From Pecten maximus (lineage: Eukaryota): 64,000 nucleotides of DNA. The first letter of the stretch is position 1; every line of letters starts with the position of its first letter. Location: positions 47,244,001 to 47,308,000 of the forward strand of contig NC_047015.1 of assembly GCF_902652985.1 (NCBI RefSeq), given 5' to 3'. The position numbers were made by a program, and so were the translations under genes. Shown one piece after another: positions 40,409 through 54,165 of this stretch. The notes beneath the pieces were generated by a model, which was not told where the DNA came from, ran no database searches, and saw only the letters and a list, made by a program, of their open reading frames with translations.

Positions 40409-40708
40409 CGAGGACCCCATTGGAAATCGAGGACCCCATTGGAAATAAGCTGTACATCGGCTTTCATGGGCAATCCTAGGTAAAGCAAATTTACTCTATA
40501 ACAATAATGTGCAATATATAACATGATACTTATGACAACCGTGATATTTCAACAATATATAATTGTGATACTATTCATTAATCACTCATCATTTTTATCT
40601 ATTATGAAATAAAGAAAATATGGAAATGATGTAAATATTGTATAATATATATGTGATTCTATTGTACTGTGTATGCTTGTACCTGAATAAATATTATTAT
40701 TATTATTA
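40409..40708 (+). mobile_element. Possible 3' end of a non-LTR retrotransposon (5'-truncated)
   Basis: Begins with a tandem 19-bp duplication CGAGGACCCCATTGGAAAT x2 and ends in AATAAA followed by an (ATT)n tail, a layout typical of LINE 3' UTRs. The family was not identified. Confidence 0.4.
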
Positions 40709-41032
40709 GTTTGATATCACTTTATCTGTTCTGGAGGTGTAGTATTTATTTGGATTTACGGTTTTTTTTCTTTTTGAACCCCCGGGGTCCCACGCCAACT
40801 ATTTGTACAGGGTTCATTGTCTTATGTCCAAGATACTTAACAACCAAATCCTGATATAGTTCCTCACTAATTAAAGTTTGTTGTTTATTTTCAATTTTTA
40901 TTTTATTCATATATGTATTTTTTCGTTGTATCGCTATGATCCCTATCGAATGGACATATAGTCATAGTATGCAAAGCACAAGATCGCTTTCCCTTTGGGA
41001 ATATGAACTAAATATTGGAAACAAAGTTCCCT

Positions 41033-41371
41033 CACAGGCAATATTCCTTCACACGTGATTTTCACGTGACATTTTTCACGTAAATTTCACGTGAAAAGGG
41101 CAAAAAAGTGATATTAACATAATAAAATTCACGTGAATTTCACATGAAATGAAATTCACATGAAATTGTTCACGTGAAATTCACATGTAAAAATTCAGGT
41201 GAAATTCACGTAATTCTTTTCCGGTGATTTTCACGTGAAAAAACTATTCACGTAAAATTCATGTGAAATTCACATGAAAAAATTCATGTGAATTTCACAT
41301 GAAAAAATTCATGTGAATTTCACATGAAAAAAACATTCACGTGAAATTCACGTGAAGGAATATTGCCTGTG
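41033..41371. mobile_element. 339-bp MITE with 20-bp perfect TIRs and internal TTCAC(G/A)TGAA palindromic repeats
   Basis: CACAGGCAATATTCCTTCAC (41033-41052) and GTGAAGGAATATTGCCTGTG (41352-41371). The interior is almost entirely CACGTG/CACATG/CATGTG units. No clear TSD. Confidence 0.85.
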
Positions 41372-42039
41372 TAAATTGCCTCTCTCAATTTTCATGGGAA
41401 TTCTTCGCGGTTCTATAACGCAACGTACCCCCAAATTAAAAATTCAAACAACATGAGAAAAAGTCTCAAATACAGCGCAGTGGAAAGTGTGCGGTGTGCT
41501 CTAGTCTGGAGTGGGTCCCTAGAGTCGCTTTTACTATTTGCATATTCAATTTTTATCAGATTGTTTTGTTTTGTACACATTTTTCTAAATCCAATGAAAA
41601 GCACTCAAAACACGGATTAACTTTGTAGATAAATTATTAACAGTCTTTCTCGTACGTGACCGGAATAATATTAGCAGGCTAGTTATTATTAGTTTATAGA
41701 TACTACCTGTTTCAGTATACAGGTATGAGTTTTTATTATAAATTACCCGATATATGTTATGTACTACAATCTGATCTATTAGAGTTACGTCCCTTAGTTT
41801 CACCCTATAGCGGTAAACTTGACAGTCGATAGGGGCCGAGTTGGTCATGACTATACATTAAAATTTTGCCTGAAAGTCAATCGGAACTCCTCGGATGCTC
41901 TTCGGTGGTGGGAGCAATAGTCAGTCCAGAGTGACCTAGAAGTGCCGATTTCCTCATCAGTAATGGTAGATTTATCTAGTTCAATTTCTAACTTTTCTGA
42001 CCATAATAAACAGCTTTTCAGTCAGAGTGAAACGACAAA

Positions 42040-42790
42040 GAAAGTATGATCCGGTATGCACAGGTACCTGTATAAACAGGTTAAGTAATTTTCAGTTTAT
42101 AGATACTAGCGATTTCGGTATACAGGTATATTACCGGTGACGTGAGGTGGCCGATACAGACAGGTTGAATTACAATCTAAATAAATGTCGGTCGGTATAT
42201 TCAGGTTGTCAGGTTGACTTTAATGTCCAAGTATCCGATAAAGACAGGTATATAATGATATAACTCTTATCTAAATATAGTATGGACTGGTATGCTCAGA
42301 TATCCGATATAGACAGGTATATAATGATATAACTCTTATCTAAATAAAGTATTGACTGATATGCTCAGAAATCCGATATAGACAGGTTTACAATCACGGA
42401 GCATATGCTCAGGTAGCTGATATACCTGTAAACAGATTTACAATCATACATAGCCATCTGTAAATAAACTATGGAGCAATATACTCAGGTGGTCGATGTG
42501 TACAGGTTTACAATCACGCGCGTCCCTGAATAACACATTGAACAGTTTATTCAGGTGGCCGATATAGACAGGTTTACAATCATACGTCTCCCTGAATAAG
42601 TAAAAATATGGAATAATATGTTCAGGTGACCGACATAGACAGGTAAATAACAATCATACAAGTGTCTAAATAAACTGTCGGTCGGTATATCCAGGTTGTC
42701 GGTACATACAGATTTTGTAAGGCTAATTACGAATATACCCAAATAAGAAATTTTGCGTCATTATATTCAGATGGCCGATATTGACAGGTA
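42040..42790. repeat. Old, diverged ~70-80-bp tandem repeat
   Basis: Recurrent TCAGGTGGCCGATATAGACAGGTTTACAATCA motif, plus a near-exact ~69-bp duplication at ~42232-42370. Confidence 0.75.
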
Positions 42791-43074
42791 GTTACTACCG
42801 ACCTCATCAATCTTACTAAGTTTACCGCCTTAATTAATTGAGTCATTGAGGTTATTATGCCTCTATTATCCGAGACATATATGTCTCTGCTATTATATAC
42901 ATTGACATAAATAAAATAAAAAGGTTTGAATCATTAAATTAAAAATGTCCGTTATTGTAAAAAGTATCTAGTTATTTCTGATTTTACATTCCACGCCGCC
43001 TTGAATCAGTGTAGTATGGGGTGTACTTGTTATGACAACGCGTTGTCAATAGAAGTTTCCCCATACAGCTTTAG

Positions 43075-43260
43075 GCGAGGGGCAGTGGTCAATTATATTC
43101 TTTGTATAACGGGCAAGATTGGCTAGAACAGAGAACAAACATTTCCTCCCACAAATTCACTAATCAAACAAATGGGACAGACGGATTTCAATTTTAGAGA
43201 GATGGAAATAGCGTTAGGAGCTATAGCGCTGATATTGGCTGTGCTCATCTGTGACGTCAT
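43075..43260 (+). promoter_or_regulatory. Candidate proximal promoter of the neuregulin-like gene
   Basis: GC-box-like GGCGAGGGGC (~43075), reverse CCAAT boxes ATTGG (43118 and 43234) and a perfect CRE TGACGTCA (43252-43259), all 150-330 bp upstream of the ATG. Motif evidence only. Confidence 0.35.
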
Positions 43261-43410
43261 ACATTGACTTATCAGAGCATGTATAGGACTTCCCCTACGA
43301 TAGCTGGCAGTACACACTAGGTCATAGGTACACTGCACAAGCAACATGTGAGCTTTAACTTAGAACTCAGGTAAAACGGGATATCGCCTGAAGCCGAGAC
43401 AGACACAAAT

Positions 43411-43849
43411 ATGAAGTTATTTCGACTTCGATTCATTATTTTGGGACTTCTACTCTGTGTTTTCCATGTCTGGTGTAGAACTTGTGGTACGGAGTTGACG
43501 GACCCTGCGTCTAGTGCCTACCTGGCGGGGGTGGTGGTGGAGGGTCGGGTGGCTCAGACCCTACCCCCGGACCACAGTGACCAATTCAATGTTACTATTA
43601 GGATCAGGAGTGTATACAAAGGTTCGCCTAGTACTAAAAAGGGGAGATTATTGACAATTGGGAAATTTGGGCAAGAAAGTGACGAAGAAAATTGTATTTA
43701 TACCAGTGTTCGACGGGGGTCCACCCGATTTGTGTTTTTTCTTAAGGAAACGGAACAAAATTACTATACTTTATCAGCATTCCCAGTGAAATTTAGCAAG
43801 AAAATTGGACGACAAATTCGGAAAATTTTATGTAAAAGAGGAACGTGTG
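43411..43849 (+). CDS. First coding exon of a secreted/membrane neuregulin/Vein-like protein (signal peptide + NtA-like N-terminal domain); partial gene
   Basis: Non-repetitive 146-codon frame with signal peptide MKLFRLRFIILGLLLCVFHVWC, then C...AYLAGVVVEGRV...IRSVYKG...LLTIGKFG...C...RFVFFL...IGRQIRKILCKRGTC. As recalled, this parallels the NRG2 N-terminus (C..AYKAPVVVEGKV..RYIFFL..KEVGKILC..C) and agrin NtA motifs. It ends at donor TG|GTACGT (43850) in phase 1, compatible with a following Ig-domain exon. Confidence 0.88.
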
Positions 43850-45789
43850 GTACGTATAAATGTAATGTGTAGTTGTTTACTTGTAAACATCAATGTATGT
43901 GTATGTTATATGTACTCTAACTTTGCCATTATACAAAAGATATATTGTACTTTATCTCGTGTTGTAATTACAGTTGACAAACAAGACCTACTAGTATACT
44001 ATAGAAAATAAAACTTCCAAGGAATTTGCACGCGAGGTCAATGGTTTTGAATGATAGAGACACCTCACGGATTAGCCGATGGCACGATGACATTTAATTT
44101 TTATGCATGAATGCCACCTTATATGACTGGATTTATCAATGAGTAAAAACTCACACACCCAACGTATATTTATAAGATATTTACAAAAGTGTGTACGGAC
44201 GTGGTGTAATATCGATTCTGTACACGGTGAACCCACGTGTTGCACAACATGACTGTTTTATTCGTCCTGTCAAATCGGGTCATTTTTTTTACCTGTGTCA
44301 TATAAAACGCACATCTCGGAATTATCTAGCCGATAGCTCGTTATCGGGTTTGAGAGTGAGCGTTAAAACCCCGTTAGATGCCTTCTTCTGGCACCACCCC
44401 CCGGGGGCACACGACCGTGTAGTAACGTAAGAAATGTTTGTTTTTTTACCTGCATTCACGTAATTTACGTAAGTGGAACCAAACAATAGGTAACGGTTAT
44501 TGAACATAGGTAATCTGTCTTACAGCGTACTTAACCAGTGGTGAATGGCGAGATTGAATAGCCCTCGTGGGGATTAGCATTCTCGTTTAAATTTCTCACT
44601 CATTAACATGAATGGTTGGTATAAATCATGGGCTTAAACCTGTACAATTCTCGTGTATACTAAAACCTGCCAGTCTGTGCCACTTAAGTACATTCTATCT
44701 CCTTCAAATTTAGACAATTTTTATACCGGTTCATAAGTTTAATATCTAAAAAAAAAGTGTATGACAAGTTTGAGTGCTGAAATATTGACTGACTTCTTTA
44801 ACATCAACTCAATATTAAAATCTTGATAAATTTCGTGATAAATTTGTGATGTAATGTGAAGTGTATTTTATTATAATGTTTTTTAAAACTAAATGTACAA
44901 AATATTTTTTTGATATAAATGTAAAAAAAAAAATCAAATATTTAAAAAATTCAAATCCTGTTGAGTATTTGCTAATACAGTATTAAAAAAAAGTTAACGG
45001 ATATGAAAAAAATATGTATAAACATATTTTAATGGAGTTAGTTACAAAGTTTGTAAAAATGAAATTGAATTATTTTTAGGTTAAGCATAATAAATCATTA
45101 AGTTAGTTTTTCTTTTTGTTAGATCATTTCAGCTTTATATTTTAACAAAAATACAAGAAGGAAAAAAAAACAATAATAAAATAAAATAATTTACATGTAT
45201 TTAGTAAGTTTTTCATTCTTTGCATCTAAAGTAAATAATAATGGCATATTTTCCTGTGATATTGCCTTTAATGGCAAAACACACACAACTTTTTGATCAC
45301 ATGCAAAAATTAAGACTAAAAATTAGTCGTTTCCTTCATAATATTTATGAAACCTAGTAAAAAAAAATATATATGAAAGCATGTGTAAAATACATTAGGA
45401 AGTATGTAGTATAAAAGTTATGTGACATTTCAGTACAGACATAATTTAATATCTGATATGTACTAGTGATGATCTGAATGGCCTCAGAATTGTTTCTTCA
45501 TATTATAGTTTATTTTAGAGACTTGTACAGGTTTAAGAAATATCTATCATGATATACCACCACCTTATCAAGGATGATGTATCTGTGTATCGCCATAAAC
45601 AGTGAGTCAAGATTCACGGAATCATTCCATCATAAGTAATCTCTGTTAACAGGTGATTCAAGATTAGTGGAATATTGTAACATTCAGAAATGTTAACAGA
45701 ATTAACATTATTACTTTTGTATGATGAAGGGACAGGGCGTTCACCCGACTTATAGACACAAGCTTGTAGGTCTAGCAGGTTTGTCTATA

Positions 45790-47035
45790 AACACAGACTG
45801 GGGTGTTCACACAGACCTGGGGTGTTCACACAGACCTGGGGTGTTCACACAGACCTGGGGTGTTCACACAGACCTGGGGTGTTCACACAGACCTGGGGTG
45901 TTCACACAGACCTGGGGTGATCACACAGACCTGGGGTATTCACTCAGACTGAGATGTTCACAAAGACCCAGGGTGTTCACTCAGACCTGGGGTGTTCACA
46001 CAGACTGAGATGTTCACTCAGACCTGGGGTGCTCACTCAGACCTGGGGTGTTAACACAGACCCAGGGTGTTCACATAGATCCGGAATGTTCATACAGACC
46101 CTAGGTGTTCACACAGAAAGAGGTGGTGTGTTCGCACAGACCCAGGGTGTTTGCAAAGACCCTGGTTGTTCACACAGAAACGTAGGTGTTCACTCTGACC
46201 TTGGGTATTCACACAGACCCCGAATGTTCACACAGACAAATATCACAGACCTGGTGTGTTCACACAGACCTGGGGTATTCACACAGACCCCGAGTGTTCA
46301 CACAGACAAATATCACAGACCTGGTGTGTTCACACAGACCTGGGGTATTCACACAGACCCCGAGTGTTCACACAGACAAATATCACAGACCTGGTGTGTT
46401 CACACAGACCTGGGGTGTTCACACAGACACATCTCACAGACCCAAGGTGTTCACACAGATCTGGAGTGTTCACACAGACTCAAGGTGTTCACACAGACCT
46501 GGGGTGTTCACACAGACCTGGTGTATTCACACAGACCCAAGGTGTTCACACAGACCTGGAAAGTTCACACAGACCTGGAAAGTTCACACAGACCTTGGTT
46601 ATTCATACAGACCTGGTGTATTCACACAGACCCAAGGTGTTCACGAAGACCTGGGGTGTTCACACAGACAAGGGATGCTCACACAGACCCCGGGTTGTTC
46701 ACACAGACCCAAGGTGTTCACAAGGACCAGGGATGCTCACACAGACCCTGGGGTGTTCACACGGACCAGGGATGCTCACACAGACCCCGGGGTTTCACAC
46801 AGACCCAAGGTGTTCACACAGACAAGGGATGCTCACACAGTCCTGGAGTGTTCACACGGACCAGGGATGCTCACACAGACCCCGGGGTGTTCACACGGAC
46901 CAGGGATGCTCACACAGACCCCGGGGTGTTCACACAGACAAGGGATGCTCACACAGACCCCGGGGTGTTCACACGGACCAGGGATGCTCACACAGACCCC
47001 GGGATGTTCACACAGATACACACAGACACACAGGG
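45790..47035. repeat. ~19-bp minisatellite with evolving higher-order variants
   Basis: GTTCACACAGACCTGGGGT; pure at the start, then a ~70-bp multimer (46215-46420) and a ~39-bp dimer (46720-47010). Confidence 0.96.
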
Positions 47036-50000
47036 TTTTAGAGACTGTTTGAGTTAATCGATCAACATGTTACTTATCCATCATCATATAACAGGTCATA
47101 ATTAATTTACAATGTGATGAGCTCAGGTAAGGCTGGGGTTGATGGACAGGGCACCTGATGATTGGTGACTTTAATAGACACCCTAATCTACACTAATTTC
47201 TCTATTGATACACACAGGGGGATGGCCACACGGAGATAATTGTCTCTACAACAGGGATTATATGTTTACTGTTAATTATCCTACCACAACGGTTTAACCG
47301 AACAAATAGTTTGTACTTTACAGATATTGATCTCTCGATCATTGTGTGATTATTTCTGGAAATCCTGAAGCGTTTATCGTGCACAGTGTATTGGAGAATA
47401 TTGATGTTTGGCCAAGGTCAAATGTTATGTATAGACTATTTAATTGCTCAGGAGTGAATCCTCCCCCAGCCCCCCCCCCCCCCCTCCCCCCCCTCCCCCC
47501 GCCCCCGCCCTCCCAACCCCCCATCTCCCATCTCTCTTTTTGTTTATCTTTCCATCTATATCTTTGGAAAGCAGAATTTTTATAAATCCAAAGCCTGAAA
47601 TTTTCAAAGTTGTGAGAGGACAAGAGCATGCATTCACACACACATGTATTTTGCCTTGAAGCTTCAATTTTCATAGGATGATCGAGGCTTTAAGGTATAT
47701 ATGGGAGTATGGTAAACATTTTGTTAAAAGTCCTCTCACATACTGTCTTGGGACTAGGAAGTAGACTGCTTCTTATGGGAGAAACTGTTTGTAAAATGTA
47801 TCAAAAGATATAACAACAGATATTTATAATTTTAGATATACCAAGAAAAACAGCTTTTAAATTACACTTAGGTCTGTTTTGTACAGGTAATAAACCGATG
47901 TGGTTACACAGTGCATCATTACCTTATTCAGGTATGCTATATCATATGTTAGTAATACAACATTAGCATAATACCGTACCTGCTATGTGCTGCCCAGGTA
48001 TAAGTTATGTGAAGGTGAGGTTATGTGGTGGTCTAGCATGATGATATGTGTGAACCAGTGTAATTCATTTTGTTTACATGTATATATATACCTGTGCATG
48101 TTACCATTCTGCTTTTACAGGTAAAAACAAGAAAGTATTGTATTAACTTACTAAAGGAAATTACCAAATACATGTACCAGGTAGTAAAAATATAAAATCA
48201 GGAATTACAAATTGATTTTGTGTGGTTTTGTGGAATTTTCTTTTCATGAATTGTGTAATTAATTTTTTTTTCAGTTGTAAAGCATTAATAGATTAAGGTG
48301 ATTTTTGCCAATGAAGTGTGAATGTATATTTTTTTTCAAAGTTTAAATTTAAGTAAATTTGTTAACTATTAATTGTAAGTTTATATTTCTTTATTTCTGT
48401 AACTTTTCTGTAGAATTTGTACGATACATTCCACTTATCAACAGTCATTCTTACGATTGTTTCAATATACCTGTATATAAACAAGTGTATAGAATTAAAG
48501 AAATACTAGGAAAAGGTACTTTTCAATCTTATAACCATCTGGATTTAAAATATTTTTAGGATTGACCATATATATTTCTTAAACTTCTGTACAGTTCTTA
48601 AAATGTCTGCCTGTTTATATTAGCTAATTCCCCAGTTTTGTTTTGATAAATGCTACATGTTTAGCTGAATGTAAAAAATTTTGACTCATTAATTGGTAAA
48701 AACGTAAGACCTAGCCAATGTATTGTAGATGGCATTAACTCTATAGCCCGTCTTTGGTCGCTATTCTCCAGTCTGTTAATTTTCTGTCTCATTCAATTGT
48801 GTACATGTTTATTTTGCAAAATAATGATGTCAAAAATTTGGTTTAAAAAGTCTGTCTGCTATTCTATTGTTGAAAAAAGTATGACAATGAGCATTTGAAA
48901 GAAAGAAAGTGCTTGGATGTTTATTAGAATATGAGGTAACATTTTATTGTGTAATGAGCGTAGGTACAAGGTCTGGCGTGTCTCAGTTCCTACAGGACTA
49001 TTATTGGGACAACATCTTGGGTGGTTCCTCTGTTCTATAGTGTACGTGTATATCGCTACCATCTTGAGAAAGGGTCCTTCCGTCTACTGGTGTTGTACTG
49101 CAGAAGTCATCATATTTCTGTTATAATTCATTAGAGGTCATGTTTCCCATTTTTCTCATCATCTAATATTTCATTTTACTAAATGTGTTTTGTTTGTGCC
49201 TGCATGCCATTTATATCGAGAATTGGTACCCCCCTGTGTGTGATTTAGGAACAAGAAAAGATTCCAGTTTTTGGTGTTGGGAAGATATGTCGGCACTCTG
49301 TCAATGTTTCACAGCCTGTGTGGGCACTGGCCGCTCTAACAGAGCCCATGAGCCTAAATAGCTCTGTGATAGTTCATAGAGATGGGGCTTGCAATGTGAT
49401 GGATCATATAGCACAGGTGCATGCCCTGTGATGGATCAGAGACCAGTGCAGGTACTGTAATTGTTCTTACAGACCAATGGGGGCACTTTGATCTTACAGC
49501 CAGTGCAGGAACTGGTATTGGTTTTTACAGTGTGCAGGCAATGTGAGGATTTTTAGAACGGTGCAAGCTCTGGGATGGTTCTTGGAATTGTGCAGGCTCT
49601 GGAATGGTTTTTAGAATGGTGCAGACACTGAAATGGTTAATAGCCAGTGCAGGCTCCACGATGGTTCTTAGAACAAATAAACCAAACCAAACCAATCTTA
49701 GAACTAGTGCAGGCATTTAGATGGTTCTTTATCAACACTTTTTTTTTATAGTTATCCAATCTTTTTTGTATTTTTTTTTTACACCTACATGGATGGTATC
49801 AGTAGTTGTTTGGTAACCTGTCTACTGTGTAGACTATCGAGAGAAGATGGCAGCAGGTGGTCAACCAGTACTAGCGGCATGGGGAGGGGTTTCTGGGGTC
49901 AGTGTGGCAGTAGGTTTTGGTGTCAGGGGGTTGAGGTAAGGGTGTGGTGGTGGGGGACAGGAGTTGGGTGGAGCTTGTGAATATTCCTGTGTGTGGTAAA

Positions 50001-51257
50001 ATAATGGAGAAATAATCATGGGAGGGTTACAGAAGGATGTGTGGTGCTGCGTGGGCGAGGAAGGTTACATAACCCTAGATATAATGTTGATTCTGATAGA
50101 ACATGTTAGTATATATAAAAGGACATGAAAGAGATAAAAATAAAATTTTGACAATATGCCAGGCAAAATTAAATTTTTTTCCCACATTAATTAAATTTTG
50201 TGGGGGTGTGCATGTAATAGAAATGACTTTGTAGTGGTAACTGCATCAGTGTCCTGAAGAGTTCCTTAGACTAGCTAAAAATGATTAAACTTTGTAGAAG
50301 ATCTTTCATTGAAAGCTAAAAATGATTAAACCCTGTAGAAGATCTTTCATTGAAAACTGAAATGATAATTGATATTCTTACCTGACATATAATATCTGAT
50401 TAGTTACCTATACAGTATAAGCTGATGAAAGCTGTTGTCATTTCTATTTAACTTTCCGATTCAGAAAACGACTATTAATCTCTTCATCAATATATTCCTT
50501 CTCATGTTTGTTAAATATGTGTCAGTATTAGAAGTTAATACTAGATCTAATATATAAATTTTACTGAAGATATTGTTTGTGCTTTTCTATATCAAAGCCG
50601 GTGATTAAATTCCAGGGGGGTCTGGTCTGTAGGCCTGTCAATAGAGATGTGGGTGTAGAAGTTGATACCTGCCATCGATAACACCCACCATCCACCCCTT
50701 CATAAACGGTGACAAATGAGTCCGACAAAAATGTGCTGGTTCACTATGTGGCACTTACTAGGACATAACTGACATTGTTCCGTCTACCCACATGTGTATG
50801 GATTAACCTATCGAATGAACACATTTTCTTTTATTCGGCCAACAAAAATAGATATATTGATTTAAACAAGAGAATCCTAACGCTGTGGTTTGAATGTCAA
50901 CATGAGTTCCAGATATTATGTCACATTAATGCTGACAATGTTTTATTGTGAATATTATCTGGGCTGGGTTTGTATATGTGATTTGTGGCATGTAGTTTAT
51001 TTATTGTTTTCCGACATTTTTCCAAGTGATTTATTGGCATGTGATACCAGTGAATTGGAAATGTGGGTTCAATATTGATTACATGTTCGTGATTCGCTGA
51101 TGTCCAACTAGTGACTGCAGTAATGCTGCTTTAATGCCATCTAATAACTGAGCTGATTTAGTGCGCTATCTATATGGTTTTAAAGAGATACAGTTACTGC
51201 AGCAATGAGTTGGACGTTTTCTGGTGTTGTGTAACCATGGCTAATAGTTACCTGATC

Positions 51258-51880
51258 ATGGTGCTGTGTATCCAATGGTTACTGGTGGTGCTGTGTATCT
51301 AATGGTTACTGGTGGTGCTGTGTATCTCATGGTTACTAGTTGTGCTGTTTACCCAATGGTTACTGGTGGTGCTGTGTTTCCATTGGTTACTGATGGTGCT
51401 GTGTATCCAATGGTTACTGGTGGTGCTGTGTACCCAATGGTTACTGGTGGTGCTGTTTATCCAATGGTTAGTGGTGTTGCTGTGTATCCAATGGTTGCTA
51501 GTGGTGCTGTGTATCCAATGGTTACTAGTGGTGTTATGTATCCAATGGTTACTAGTGGTGTTATGTATCCGATGGTTACTGGTGGTGCTGTTTATCCAAT
51601 GGTTAGTGGTGTTGCTGTGTATCCAATGGTTGCTAGTGGTGCTGTGTATCCAATGGTTACTAGTGGTGTTATGTATCCAATGGTTACTAGTGGTGTTATG
51701 TATCCGATGGTTACTGGTAGTGCTGTGTATCCAATGGTTACTGGTGGTGCTGTGTAACGGATGGCTATTAATGGTGCTGTGTATCCATTGGTTAGTGGTG
51801 ATGCTATATGCTGGTGGTGCTATGTCTCCAATGGTTACTGGCATGGTGGTGCTGTGCTGGTGGTGTTGTGTATCCACTAG
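51258..51880. repeat. 27-bp minisatellite
   Basis: TGTGTATCCAATGGTTACTGGTGGTGC, about 22 copies, including an internal 135-bp (5-unit) duplication. Confidence 0.96.
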
Positions 51881-52264
51881 GTACATATTGGAAATCTGAT
51901 GCTTGAGAAACATCAATACCATTACAGGCCGGTTCTTTTCATCCTTGCAAACTCACAGTGGTCATTCTATTCATTTGTAGTCAGTATAGATCTTTGATAT
52001 AGTGTGATAGAAATGATCTGATTGTGCGGAACTGCTGAACAGCAAAACCTTTTATACCAGCCGCTATTGCTCACACCAGCAAGTCTATACTTTAATTAGT
52101 ATATATACCGGGTATACATATATGCGCCATGTTTATAACTCTTTATACTGAACATTTAAGAAAAAATTTTTGCAACAAAAGTGAAGATTTTGTTTGTCTT
52201 GATTTAATCATACGGTTTTCAAAATGTTGTCTGAAGAATAGATACCTTACATTTGTACTATTTT

Positions 52265-52495
52265 GTTTTATCTTACAAATTATCTTACATAATCTTTATC
52301 TTACTGTGGCTTTATCTTAAAACTCAAAACTATCTCACAGAATCTTTATCTTACTTTGTCTTTAAACTCAACATTATTTTACAGAACCTTTTTCTTATGG
52401 TGTCTTTATCTTACAACTGAAAATTATCTTACAGAATCTTTATCTTACTGTGGCTTTATCTTAAAACTCAAAATTATCTTACAGAATCTTTATCA
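52265..52495. repeat. ~50-bp tandem repeat, 4-5 copies
   Basis: ATCTTTATCTTACTGTGGCTTTATCTTAAAACTCAAAATTATCTTACAGA repeated. Confidence 0.85.
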
Positions 52496-53729
52496 GCTTT
52501 TCTATATGGTAGAGCATCAGAATATAAGCACCTCAGTCTCCCTATCGACTGACTTCAAGCTATTCTTACAATTTATCGATTGATTGGTAGATTAATCCTT
52601 GTATATATTGTAGTTGGATAAAAAATTAACAGAACAGGTATCTGGTAGTGATTATAGAAGGCAGTGCAGCATCTATTATTCACACTTGTAAAGTAACAGA
52701 AGAATATTATTGGTGCTGGTTCACCTGGGACATTTCATATTTCCAATATACATTGTATATACTTCCATATTGAATACAATTGCAGTTATTATACAATAAG
52801 ATTAACCATACCATATTTAATGTATACTTTCTTGATACATGTACATAAATTTAGTCAATGATACCTTTTGATTAGGTAAATACCAGGTAAAATACTTTTG
52901 GAGTCAATACAGGACAAATAGTCATATGACCAGGTAATTACTTTACTGGTAAAAATTACACTCAATCCTATCTTATATTAATGGATTAATTATGCGAACA
53001 GGTGAATTCTATTTTTCATTTGTATGATAATGTAAAGTGTATTACAAAAGAGGGTTTGGCAAGGTTTTGAAGAATGAGAATAGGCCCCTACCACGGTGAT
53101 TAACCCTCCTGAGTAGAGTTGTTTGTACTACACCACGGTATGCAGTGCTGACACCTGCAACCACGTACTTAAGTTGTTTATTTGTAAATAAATCTCTCAA
53201 GGCAACATTATCACAAGCTGTTTCAATTCCAAACATTGAAATTAATGTTAATCGTTTATAGTAGAATTTACTGTAAATGCCAGGTAGAAATGCTCTTGTT
53301 TATATAATCGGCAATATTATTTATTCTTTTCACATTTGTTGTTTCTATAAATACCAGGATCAAAAAGAAAGCCTCGGAAATATTCCAAGATTTTACCATG
53401 AGAAAGAAACGGAAAATCTGCATGATTGCAATATCAATTTACTTGATGATGCATGTGCTGCATGCTTTGGGAATCAGGTGTAGCTGTTGGGAAAGACTGG
53501 CTAACGGGAGAGAGATCTTGTCTGAGTATTAATGAATTGGCAATGTGTTATGATTTCTACAAATCAACATCTTCTATACAGGTGTATGTAGATTATGTAA
53601 GGTTGGTGAAAAGGAGGAACTTCTCGTTGCCAGTAATGCAGTGACTGATCGCAGGTTCCCTCCCTGACTGTATTGCAAGGTTTGACTTGCTATGTTCATT
53701 CCCAGATTGTATGATGGTTGATCTAGGTC

Positions 53730-54165
53730 TTCTCCCTAACTGTATCGATGACCTCATGTCCCCTCCCTCATTGTATAGGTGACCTCATGTCCCCTCTCTG
53801 ACTGTATTGATGACCCCATGTCCCCTCTCTGACTGTATTGATGACCCCATGTCCCCTCCCTAACTGTATAGGTGACCTCATTTCCCCTCCCTAACTGTAT
53901 AAGTGACCCCATGTCCCCTCCCTTACTGTATAGGTGACCTCATTTCCCCTCCCTAACTGTATAAGTGACCACATATCCCCTCTCTGACTATATTGATGAC
54001 CCCATCTCCCCTCCCTAACTGTATAGGTGACCTCATGTCCCTCTCTAACTGTATAGGTGACCTCATGTCCCCTCCCTAACTGTATAGGTGACCTCATGTC
54101 CCTCCCTAACTGTATTGATGACCCCATGTCCCCTCCCTAACTGTATAGGTGACCTCATTTCCCCC
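53730..54165. repeat. 30-31-bp minisatellite
   Basis: CTAACTGTATAGGTGACCTCATGTCCC(C)TCC, about 14 copies. Confidence 0.94.

Noticed and set aside
43850-43872. ORF-track extension GTYKCNV-stop, implying a single-exon 153-aa protein
   Set aside because: It is more likely read-through past a good GT donor into AT-rich intron, although a short intron-retained secreted isoform cannot be excluded.
45721-47057. 367/288/261-aa overlapping ORFs
   Set aside because: All three + frames are open because the 19-bp unit lacks stop codons; this is a repeat artefact.
51266-51922. Collagen- or shell-protein-like VYPMVTGGA repeat ORF
   Set aside because: It coincides exactly with the 27-bp minisatellite, is open in several frames, and has no signal peptide or splice evidence.
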